NCBI RefSeq assembly: GCF_009834535.1
Contig: NC_045697.1
Span: 2,482,001-2,546,000, forward strand
Reading direction: 5' to 3'
Source: Camelus ferus
Lineage: Eukaryota
Length of the DNA: 64,000 nucleotides
Positions 1 through 10,949 of the stretch are shown piece after piece. Position numbers and translations under genes: made by a program. Within the stretch, counting starts at the first letter, position 1; each line of letters starts with the position of its first letter. The notes under the pieces were generated by a model. It was given only the letters and a program-made list of their open reading frames with translations, was not told the DNA's origin and ran no database searches.

Positions 1-886
1 GTTTGCAAACTATACATCTGATAAGGAGTTGATAAAAAAATAGATAAGGGACTCATTTAACTCAATAACAAAGAACCAAATAATCCAATTTTAAAATGTG
101 CAAAGGGCCTGAATAAACATTTTTCCAGGGAAGATAAAATAATGGCCAATAGGTACCCGAAAATGTGCTCAACACCACTAACCATCGGAGAAATGCAAAT
201 CAAAATCACCTTGAGATCTCCTCCCACTCCTGTAAGGATGGCTATTAGCACAAGGTTAAGAGCTACGTGTTGGTGAGGATGTGGAGAAAAGGGAACCCTC
301 GTGCACTGTTGGTGGGAATGCAAAATGGTGCAGCCACTGTGGAAAACAGGGTGGAGGTTCCTCAAAAGACTAAAAATAGAGTCCAGCAGTCCCACTTCTG
401 GGTATTTATCCAAAGTAAATGGAACCAGCGTCTCGCAGAGATAGCTGCACCCTCAGGTGCAAGGCAGCATTAGCATATTAGCGCACTTAAGGCACGGAAA
501 CCGCCCAAGCGCCTGTCAAGGGGTGAACGACGTGTGCGTACAATGAAACAAGATTCCGCCTTAGAAAGGGGTGACGCTCTGATCCATGCCGCCATAAGGA
601 TGGAACTGGAAACCTTATGCCGAGCAAAAGAGGCCAGTCAGAAACGGTCACACGTTGTCCGGTCCCATGTATGGGAAACGTCCAGGACAGACAAACCCGT
701 AGAGACGGCAATAGGTTCGCAGTTGCCAGGGCTGGGGGAGGGGGGAGAAAGTGCCTGCTAGTGGGTGAGGGCTTCTCTCAGAGTGATGGAGACGTTCTAG
801 AACTAGGCAGAGGTGGACGCTGCACAAGATGAATGCCACCCCGAAATTGTTAACTTTATGCAATGTGACTTTCACCGCCATAAAAA
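1..886 (+). mobile_element. Old LINE-1 3' fragment (ORF2 end and 3' UTR, L1M type)
   Basis: Characteristic L1 strings gaaatgcaaatcaaaa and gttggtgaggatgtggagaaaagggaaccc...gcactgttggtgggaatg; degenerate. Confidence 0.88.
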
Positions 887-1289
887 CAGCAGCTGCGCCA
901 GCCCTGCCGTCTCAGACGGCCCCGGGCATCCCCTCTTCCTGGGGCACATCCCCTTTCTGGGGTGTGCCCTTTGGAAGCCCCTCTAGAGGGGCTGGTGATG
1001 GTGTTACTCAGGAACTCAGCTGCAGTTTTTCTCAGCTGCTTTTGGCCTAAAAGTGTTTCATACCCCCTCACTAGTTGGCTTTCTGGGCTCTAGGGTGGGG
1101 CACCGTGGCCCTGGGTCCTCCCGTGGAGGGGCGGGTCCGGGTCCCGCGCGGAAGCTGGGCCTGCCGGGGCTGGCTTCGATGGGCAGCACTGCCTGCTTCC
1201 CAGGTCAGGCCCCCGCTGGGCTTCCCTTCCTCCCTGAATGACTCACCCCGGAGGTGGGAGGGGGGCAGGGGCCAGCACGGGAATCACAG

Positions 1290-2075
1290 CCAGACCAGAT
1301 ACGGGATACCTGAGCAGCAAAGTAAGTGATGTGAGTGACTGATCACAACCTATGGAGAAAAGTACGAGCCCGCAGGCCCCACTGTTACAGTGTCGATGCA
1401 AATAATCCATGAACAATCAATAAGAAAAACAGAAAAGAGTTTTATTTGAGCCAAATGGAGGATGAGCCTGGAAGCCCGCTTCCCAAGTCACTCTGAGAAA
1501 CTGCTCCGGAGAAGCGGGGTTTTCAGCACACTTCTATATCTTGTCGGAACAAAGAACATGAAACAAGTCAGGGACACGTTCAAGGTTTAAAAAATAAGCA
1601 GGCAGATCGGCACGGACACTCACAGCACCCGCAGTGTGGCCCTGGCACCTGCGAAGCGGGTCTTGTCATCAAAGGAGGACCAGCACTGGCGTCCCAGGAA
1701 GAGGGACATCAATCTTCATTTTTAACACAAACATTCTTTACTTCTGGTCAGTGTGCCATCTTAATGAAGATGCCAGAATGAAGCAGACGTACAGTGTATG
1801 TTTGAGAGGCTACAGAAGGCTGTTGTAGTCAGCACCAAATTCAAGTTGACTCATGGATAGGCCAGAATGACCTCCCCGGACCTCGGTATGTGAGCATTAC
1901 TTTTTATCGAGAGTAATGAACGGTTAACTGTAAGCATGATGAACAGGGTGTTTACGAAGTCTCTGGGTACCTCCCGCAAAACACTTACTGATTTCCACAG
2001 GAGAAGGGGTTACTCTACAATGGAGACCCCGGACAGACCCCACCTTAATCGGGCAATCAAAGGTGGTGTCCCAGT
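1290..2075 (+). mobile_element. Ancient L1 (L1MC/MD-like) 3' UTR fragment, interrupted by an LTR
   Basis: aaaacacttactgatt...tacaatggagaccccggacagaccccaccttaatcgggcaatcaaagg resembles the L1MC/MD 3' UTR as I recall it. Confidence 0.5.
1391..1912 (-). mobile_element. Probable ERV solo LTR
   Basis: Near-inverted termini TGTCGAT...ATCGAGA, minus-strand AATAAA (TTTATT 1441-1446) within an aagagttttatttgagccaaa motif, length ~520 bp. No clean target-site duplication seen. Confidence 0.55.
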
Positions 2076-2084
2076 TAGAGGGCA

Positions 2085-2434
2085 CGGCAGTTCAGGCTGG
2101 CTCCTCTGAGGCCGGGGGGAGGACGCCCCAGGCCGCAGCCCTGGCGTCTGCGCTTGCTGGCTGTCTTTGGCCTTCCTTGGCTTCTGCTGTGTCGCCCTGG
2201 GTCCCTGCCTTCATCTCCACGTGGCCGTCTCCCTGTGTGCATGTCTGTGTCCCGATTTCCCCGTTTTATAAGGACACCAGTCACACTGGCCCAGGGGCCC
2301 ACCAGCTCCAGTGTGACCTCATGTTAACAATGATGCCTGCAAAGACCCTATTTCCAAATAAAGCCGCATTCTGAGATGCTGAGGGTCAGGGCTTCAGCGT
2401 GAATTTTGGGGGAAACACAATGCCACCCGTGACA
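2085..2434 (-). mobile_element. MLT1-type MaLR LTR
   Basis: ttataaggacaccagtca...gacctcat...ctgcaaagaccctatttccaaataa...cattctgag motifs. Confidence 0.82.
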
Positions 2435-4454
2435 TTTCTCTTTCCATACAAAGATCTCCTGGAGCCCTCGGAACAGGAAGAAAGCCTTCCCCAGTCTTCA
2501 GGGCCCAGAAGTGAGGTCTACCAGTCCTCTTCACAGCAGGAAAGCTGCGTCCGCCTGGGGCTGGGAGGCTGGGACGGCCGTTACTCACAGTCTGCGGGCT
2601 CCAGGGCAGCCTTCCTGGGCTCAGGCGGGCCGGTGGGCACGACGGCATCCCTTGCAGGTGCTTCTCCTCCACACGGGCACTGGCCCGGCTCCTGCACGTG
2701 GCAGTCTCGGGGTCCAGAAGGGCCAGAAGCCCCACACGGTCACATCCACTGTAGCCTGTACGTCAGAGCAAGTCACCAGGCCGGACTCAAGGAAAGAGCT
2801 TCACCTCCTGAAGGGAGAGAGGCCAAGCCACACTGCACAACGCGCAATGCACACAGGCAAGAGGGCGCGTGCAGGGCTGGCAGGAAACAGCGTTTTCCCT
2901 AATCTAGCATCAGAGTCTGCAGCAAAGCTCTAGCACGTACAGCCTCCTGTTTTTGGGTAGCCGCTGCCTGAGGCGGGGGCCAGGGCCTTGGGGTCAGACC
3001 AGCCTGCTCTCCAGCCCTGCTTGGCGGGACGCTTGGCGGGACCCTGGGCAAGACCCAGTCCCCACCCCGGTCTGCACCCTAATCCCGCCACCGTGCACCC
3101 TCCCCCTCTTCCTCCCATTCTTCTGCAGGGGCTGGGTCCTAGCTGGCCCAGGTCCTCCCACGGGGGACAGAGCCCCATGGCCTGCTCCCATGGGCTGCTC
3201 TGACCCTGAGCTGGCTTCTCGGATGTGACCTCGACGCCCTTTTCTAATTTGTAAAGCAAACTCAGGGGAGGGTGCGGAGGAGGGGGTGCGGAAAAGGACT
3301 CTTCACGGGCCACTGGGTCCCCTCCACTCCATTCAGGACAGATTACATAGCCATCCATCAGCAGCCCCCGCCCGGGCCTTTGGGAAAGAAAGCTGGCACG
3401 GAGTCCGGCGGGCGGGAGTCCTCCCCTCCCCCGCAGCCCTCCAGCAGCCCCGGCTCTGCCCGTGAGGTCACTGGGCGGGGTGGGGTGCTGGCCCAAGGCC
3501 AGCCCAGCCTCTGTGCCTGCAGCCGCGCCCGGCCTGGCCCCCCGGGCTCCGTGCCTGGGCACTGCTCCCGCTGATCTCGGACAGCAGGATTCTCGCTCCA
3601 GGCCATTTGCTTCTGAATGGCCCAGACCAGTCACCCGCAGAGAGGGGAGGCCTCTCTCCGGGCAGTTCCTGGGACTGGGACGGAGGGGCTGTTAGGGCTG
3701 AAATGGCTGCAGACGCCTGAAGCCTTGCTGCCGGTTGAAGTGGAAACAGAGAGTAACTTCGGGGTGTCTGAGATCTGCCCTTAGGTCTGAGGAGAGCCAG
3801 CTGCTCCAGGCTTCACCCTCCTGTCCCCCCTTGTCCGGCCATAGCATCCACCGAGCATGTCCCGGAAGCCCCACTAGCACGCAGGCACCAACTCCAGTGC
3901 TCGGCAGGGACCAGCGGGGGCTGGGGGAGGGGGAGACAGGGAGCAGGTGGGGGGCTTCCTGTTGAGCCCCTAGGACCAGCCACTGCCACCCTGAGGGCTG
4001 ATAACACCCAGGAGGGCTGGCAACATCAACCCATTTCACAGAAAAGGAAGTAAGTCCAGAGAGGCTGAATGATGACAGCTGGGAGATGGTGGGGAGGAAC
4101 GGCCCTGGGCCCCCAGTCTACAACCAACAGCCAGAGATCCCGCGGTGCCACCGACCACGTGCTCCTAAGGCTCCCTGCCTCACTGGCTGCTCATCCACGC
4201 CAGCAGCCGCTGGTGCCAGGCCAGAGACTGCGCCCAGTGAGTGTGGGATGGAAGCCACTGAGTGAGCGAGTATGTGGACGCAGGGAAGGATGGAAGGATG
4301 TGCAGATGGGTAGGCACCAGCGCGAGGTTCTGAAGACGTGCGGGGAGGGGGACTGGTGCTTGTGGGAGTGACGGGAACCTTCCTGGTGGAGGCAGCTTCT
4401 GAGTTGTGTCTCAAATTCAGCAGCCCTCTGCAGTGGCCCCTTTGCGCTCCTTTG

Positions 4455-5300
4455 GGGGGGTCACTGGCGACCCTAAAAGAAGTAGGTCCACATCCTAACC
4501 CCAGAACCTATGAATGAGACCTTACTTAGGAAAAGGGTCTTACTTATCACTCATAAAAAAGAATGAAATAACGCCATTTGTAGCAACGTGGATGGACCTA
4601 GAGTTCATTGTATTAAGTGAAGTGAGTCAGACAAAGACAGATACCATATGATATCACTTCCATGTGGAATCTTAAAAAATGACACAAATGAACTTATTTA
4701 CAAACCAGAAATAGACTCACAGACACAGAAAACAAACTATGGTTACCAAAGGGAAAAGGGGTGGGGGGTGGATTAGGGGCTTGGGTTTAACAGACACACG
4801 CGACTGTATATACATTAGATAAATGTACTGCACAGTGCAGAGAGCTGTATCCAGTGTCTTGTAATGACCTATAACGGGAAAGAATCTGAAAACGTGAATG
4901 TATGTGCGTGTAATTGAACCTCTTTGCTGTCCGCCTGAAACCAGCACAACATTGTAAATCAACTAGACTTCAATTTAAAAAAAGAAAAGAAAAAGAGTCT
5001 TTGCAGGAGTAAGTAAGAAAGTTCTTGGGCTGAGTTCACCTTAGAGTAAAGTGTGACCTAAACCCAGGGGCTGGTGTCCTTATAAGAGAAAAGTAAGGGA
5101 GATGTGGACACAGACCCAGGGGAGAGGGCCTCTGATGGAAGCAGAGATTGGGGCGCTGTGGCCTGAGCCCAGATGCACCTGGAGCCCTCCCCCAGCACCC
5201 CTCGAGGGAGCGCAGGCCTGCCGCACCCCGATTCCAGGATTCCACACTTCCGGCCTCCAGAGCTTCGAGAGAAGCCTGTGTTGTTTCCACAGGCACCCAG
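4455..5300 (+). mobile_element. MLT1-type MaLR LTR split by an L1 insertion
   Basis: cctaaccccagaacctatgaatgagacctta...gaaaagggtct on the left; ttgcag...ctggtgtccttataagaga...gaagcagagattgg...cttccggcctccagagct on the right. Confidence 0.8.
4542..4990 (+). mobile_element. 5'-truncated L1 with A-rich tail and target-site duplication
   Basis: L1 3' UTR (aaagaatgaaataacgccatttgtagcaac...acaacattgtaaatcaact) and A-rich tail; flanking duplication aaaagggtctt (4531-4541) / aaaagagtctt (4991-5001). Confidence 0.88.
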
Positions 5301-7759
5301 CCTCAGGAACTCAAGGCACCTGGTAAATGCTGGTCTGCGCCAGGTGCGTGTGGGCGCGGCAGTGAGGGCGGGGCCCATCCTGGGGCAGTTCACTGTGTGA
5401 TGGAAGCTTCTAGGCGGAATTTGCAGGGGAGACGTCCACACAGAGGAAGCCTGCCCCTTGTCTGCTCCCTGCTCCACGGCTGCACCACCAGTGGCTGACC
5501 CCTGGCCCAGTTTGGGGTTTCCCCATCCCGGGGGCAGGGGGCACTCGTCACACATCCTCCTCCTCTTCCCCTGTTGTCCCAGACCCAGGGCGCAGCCCCT
5601 TCCCTCAGTGGCTGCCTCTTGGCATCTTAGAGTCTCTTTCTGCCTTTTCAGTTCTCTGGTACCTGGTTGGCAGTTCTTGATAGAGAATTCTCTGTTCAAC
5701 AACCGGGGTGGTTTCTGCCCCTCCCCCAACACTCAGGACAAGGGCTCCCTGTGCGTGGTGAGTTCGGGAAGTGCCAGCTTAGCTGGCATCACACAGGTCA
5801 CCCTGCAGGGGGCGCTTGCCGTGTCTGGCACCTTCCAGACACTTTTTCAGAGGAGCCCTTCGGTTGCTATACAAAGCGAGACTCAGGGTGCCGAGGGGGT
5901 GAGTCGGGGAGCGACAGGACTCTCAGCCCCACGTGTGCAGGCTTAAGGCCGCTTGGTGTTCATGGAGAAACTTCTTAGGGTCCTTCTCTCTGGGCCTCCG
6001 TCCCCCTGTGAGGTGCCCAGGCCCTGGCACTGTCTTGGGGCTTGTCCACTGGATGCTCGCAGGGCCAGTGCCATCTCAGACATCTGTCCTACTCCTTGGA
6101 GGAGGGGGCTCTGCTTGAGGCCCAGGACCAGGAGGAGGGGACATGCCTTATGGGGAGGAGGGGACATGCCTTATGGAGAGCAGGAGAAAGAGGGAGGGAG
6201 GGAAGCCGGGCCCCCACTGACCCCCAGCCCAGGGCTCCTTCCGAGGCAGATGGGGGCGGACGAGTTCTGCTGCGGTCAGACTGGCCTCCTCTCCCTCCCT
6301 CCCTGAAGAGGGGTGGACAGGGAGCAGTTGCTAAGAGAAAATTCTTGCAGCAAGAGGCGGTAGCTTCCCCACCCATAGGCGAGGGTCAGGAAAGCTGGAC
6401 ACACCAACACCTTCATTGTGGCTGAACTCACGGACACAAACTGCACCGCGAGATCCGCTATGTGTGAGTCTGGCGGGCCTGGACCACGGGCCAGGGGCCC
6501 CAGCAGAGCTTCCAGCCAGGACAGGAGACGCTCAACCCTGGTTTACAAAGTCACGTCAAGAGGGAGCAGCGATCTGGTCCCGTTGCTAGTCCACCGACGG
6601 CTCTGCACCCAGCTCCGTCTTCCCCGCTGTCAGACGGGCTCAACAGTCCCTCACCTGGAGGAGCAGGGAGCAAGCTGTTGAATGCCAGGTGCCCAGGGCC
6701 CGTGACAGGGAAGACCCAGCAGCGCTGAGAAGCTGGCTCGGTGTGAGCCTCGCGGTCCAGCGGCTCTGGGGATGGGGACGCTCGTAGTTTTAAGATGTGT
6801 TTTTAAAGCGATGACCCACGGTGCCCAGCTGTCTCCCTCTGGCCCCTCCCAGGAAACACAGGAAAATGGCGTTGCTCTAAGCAAGCCTAAGCTTTAAGCG
6901 GGAACCAGCTTCACCTCTGCCTCCTAAGCATCATTCGCACGTTTCCAGACGGGAAAGACACACTGTTGTGAGCTTAGACGAACACAATGCGGATCTCAGG
7001 TCTAGAGCCAAAAACGTGCTCTGACGCCAATACGGATGGTATTTTTTCTGGGTTTCCTCCCACATTTGATCAGCAGATAGAAACCAAAGTACTTTCAGCT
7101 CCAAAGGGGTGCTGAGCGGTGCCAGAGTCTAATTAAAACCACGGCAGGTGATGACATCATTGTGTTCAAACTCCTTTAGCCCCTTCCTTCCTCAGCCAGT
7201 CCCCTCCCCACCTCAAGTGGTCCCAAAACCTTCCGGCTGTCATCTCCTGAGACCCCTAATGCCACCCTGGTCCCCACCGCGCACCAGACACGCCTCCTCT
7301 CCCTTCCATCGCTTGCCCGTCCCTTTCTCTTCAGACGCGGTTCATTCACCTGGGTGGGTCTACAATTAAGATGGCCACGTGGGCCTGGCTCTGGGCTTGC
7401 TCAGGGCTGGGGCCCAGCGTGCAGTTGGATCAGCCCTGGGGCCAAGAGCTGGTGAGTGGAGAGAGGAGCTCACAAAGGCCATGATGGGACAGAGCAGGGA
7501 TGAGGCTAGAAAATCTCCACGCACAGAGGATGCGCGCACTCTCAGCGATGAGGGTGTTTTCAACAATGAATCGACTTCCTAGAGTGGCGAGGAGGACGGG
7601 CGTGACCGGGAGGTGCGAAGGCACAGTGGTGGGGTGAGCCTGGCCCAAGGACCTGCAGGAGCGCAGAGTGGTGTGTGAGAGGGCTTGCAAGGGAAGCTGG
7701 AGAGCAGGACCTGGTGGGAAGGGTTCGGTGTCAGGTTAAGGAAACTCCCTATTTGCTGG

Positions 7760-7835
7760 GCAACCTTAGGGCAAATCACTTCACCCCTGTGGGCCTCCGC
7801 TTCCGTGTTTCTAAAATGAAGACAGCCAGTGAGCT
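7760..7835. mobile_element. MIR core fragment (one of several)
   Basis: gggcaaatcacttcacccctgtgggcctccgcttccgtgtttctaaaatg; similar cores near 14085, 26460, 42475, 43240, 51770 and 59720. Confidence 0.55.
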
Positions 7836-10800
7836 GCCTCACAGGCCAAGTGAGGTGACCTCGTGATCTAACAGCCACGAGGCCCACGCAGGCCGGACCC
7901 AAGTTGCGTGCTAGCTGTCACGCTTCCAGAAACTGGACTAGTGATCAATCAGCGCATCCAGGCACCCAGGAGACAATCTCTGATAGAAGAAAGAAGGAAG
8001 GAAGGGATGTATGGACGGGGCGGGGGGTAGGGGCGGGGCAGGGGGCGGGGTACGTATGTGTTACTTTTGGCAGAGAATATGATGCTGCTTGGAAACTGCT
8101 GCCTGAGGCTTCACTTCTGGGTGAACTACCCCTAAAAGTGCTCCTTTGAAAAAAACCAGACTCCTTAGGGGGAGAAATTGAAAACTCTCCCGTTTCCCTG
8201 GTAACATCCACTTTCCTGCAGGATGGGAAGTGATCTCATGAAGGACCCGGCGATGCTGGAGACCCCTGGGAGGAGGGTTAACAGCTTTGCAGAGTTGCCT
8301 CTAAATCGGTCCTTTTCCGCCCTGACTTAATCGGAGATTGCGCTGTGCTTTTCCAGCGAATTAAACATGGGGCTCTGTTGATTTGTTTTTTCCGGACTTA
8401 TTTCCATTTAAATCGGCTGCCCTTCAGAGCCCGAGCTTTGCATAATGCAGGAGCTCTTGAAGGGAAATCAATCAAAGCTTGAAGGAAATGGGTTTGTATT
8501 CACATCTTCTGGGTCAGGCTTTCTGCCCCGCACCTCCAAGCTCGCTGGGTGTTTTCGCCACCGATTGTGCACGCGTGCAGAGGCCGGGAGCAGACAGCAG
8601 TCCAGCTTCCTGGATTCGAATCCACTCTCTCTGCTGCTGTGTGGCGTTAGTGAGTTCCCTAACCTCTCTGCACCTCTGTTTCCTGGTCAGGCGACAGAAG
8701 GCGGCTTGCTACCTCGGAGTTGTTTGGAGAACTCAGTCACCAGATTTGCAGAAGCACCCGCCTTGCATGTCCCACCCCGTCCCACCTCCCCGTAAGGAGT
8801 GGGAAACGGATGGCTTACCCTGGAATGCACCTCCCTCTCCCAGATTTCTTGTCACCCAGGTCTCTAGGGAACTCCATCCTTCACTGTTGCCAGGTGTAAG
8901 GGCAAGGGTTAGAGGGCCTGCTGTCCCCAGTGGGGTCCAGGCCCAGGTGCACACACGGTCCCGGGTTCCTGTCTTGTCCACCTCCTGCAGCCCAGCTGTG
9001 GGCTGGGAGAGCTGGATGGGTCAGGGGTGGGCTGCCAGCGGGAACTTAGCTTCTCCTGAGGGTCTTGGCAGCAGGGGTGGAGTGTCGGGCTGGACCGGTG
9101 GACTCCAAGACCCCCAGGCCCTACCAGCCCCGACACACACCTGACAAAGCTCCCTAGTGCTTCCTGTAACCGCCAGGAACCCGGAAAGTCCAGGTCCTCA
9201 TGCATCAGGAGAGGCATGGGGGTGCTGAATCCCAGGCTGGGGAAGGGTCACCGCCCACTTACACCCTTTCCCTGGAAATACCTCTCGAGGAAAAAGTCGG
9301 CTTCGTCCTGTGGCTGCCGGGACTCAAGTTACAGCCCTGCCCGCCACCCCTCTACAGGGATGGAAACCGAGGCCCAGAGGGGCCGATGCAGAGCTGGGGT
9401 GCAGTCCCAGGCCGGAGAAGAGAACCGTTTCCCAGTGCGGGAGCAGCGCCTAGTCTGCAGGCACAGCCGGGGGGTGGGGTGAGCTGTGGCCTCAGCTGCC
9501 TCCAAGGTTTCTCCTGCCTTCGAGGGAGGCATGTCCCCCGAGAGAATAAACTGATGCCTCTCCCTAGGTGGGTAAAAGGGCCTGGCCGTGGGTCTCCACA
9601 GACCCGACCCTGGGTCCCTCTGGTTTCCGGAGCCCCGCAGGGTCCCCAGGTCTGAGATGTCCAGTCTGAAGGACGCCAGCATCCACCCACAGGCTGGTGT
9701 GGACTGTGGAGTGAGGGTCACTGCCCAGCGTCAGCCAAGGGATTTGGGGTGCCCTACCGGGCTCCTCTGGGCCTCCACTTCCTGCTTTCCCAGAAGGACC
9801 GGGCACTGCCTCAGGCAAGTCTGTGAGGCTGAAACGGGAAAATCAATACGCGGTTTGAAGAGCGTGGGCTGCCCCTGGGGACGTGGTCCCTGTGTCCCCA
9901 GCCCATCCCGTCACTCACACCTGGAGGCCACGCTCTCCTCCCTATCGTCCGAGAGGGAAACTCCTGGCACGAAGGAAACACAGTTAGAAACACACAGGAG
10001 CGGCTGGACCCTGGCGGCCCTAACATTTATACAGCCACTGGGCTCTCACTTGAAAAATATAGGAATATGGCACTTTTTTTTTTGACAAACCATATGCCCT
10101 GGAGAATACCCAGCTCGGGCCTCCCCAGGACCTCGGTACTCACAGTAAATCACCCTTGAATTCCCGTTGCCAGTCCCCGACAGGCCAGGCCCCTGCAGCC
10201 TGGGGTCACTGGGGTTTCAAAGCAAGCAGGCTGAACCCGGAGCTGCCCAGCGCCCCATGTCTTGCGTGTAGTGGGCTCTCCCTTAAGATGGAACTCTGCA
10301 GACCTGCCACCTCCAGGAAGACCCCCTCGGCTCTGGCTGCAGGGGAGCTGACGGTGTCTTGGCGGTGGCCGCATGCCAGTGGCCCAAAAGGGCTTGCAGG
10401 TCCATTTGCGTGCCTGGCCTCCAAGCCTCTGTCTAGCCCACACCACTTGTGTCCCCCTCCGCCTTCCACAGAGAGCAGAGGGCCCAGGCCTGAGCCTTGG
10501 GTCCGGGACGGGGAAGGGCTTTGAGAGAGGCCCACGTGGGGTTCCGACTAAGGCCAGAGTCCTGGAGGCAGGGCTGGCTTTGTGGGCTTATGGGGACCTG
10601 TCCAGTCACAAAGGGCCCTGGGTTCATTTCAGGAAGGCGCCTCTTGGCCGTCGCTGCCTTGAAAGTCTTAATGCGTCTTAATTTGTGAATAAGGGGTCAC
10701 ATTTTCGTTTTGACGGGGCCACAGAACTATGTAGCCAGAGCTGCGTGGGTTCAGGCAGCTCTGTTGGGGGAGGGAGTCCCCAGAGAGAGGGGCCCGGGGT

Positions 10801-10949
10801 CTGGGGCACAACCAGGTCTCCAGTGCGTCCCTGTGCTTCAGAGGCAGGGCAGGATGGATGTGAGGAGGGTCTGACACTCACCGCAGGGACTCGGCCTGAC
10901 GTTCCCCGACCCCCACCTGACCCCCGGCAGCGCCTGGCAGGGGGGGGGG

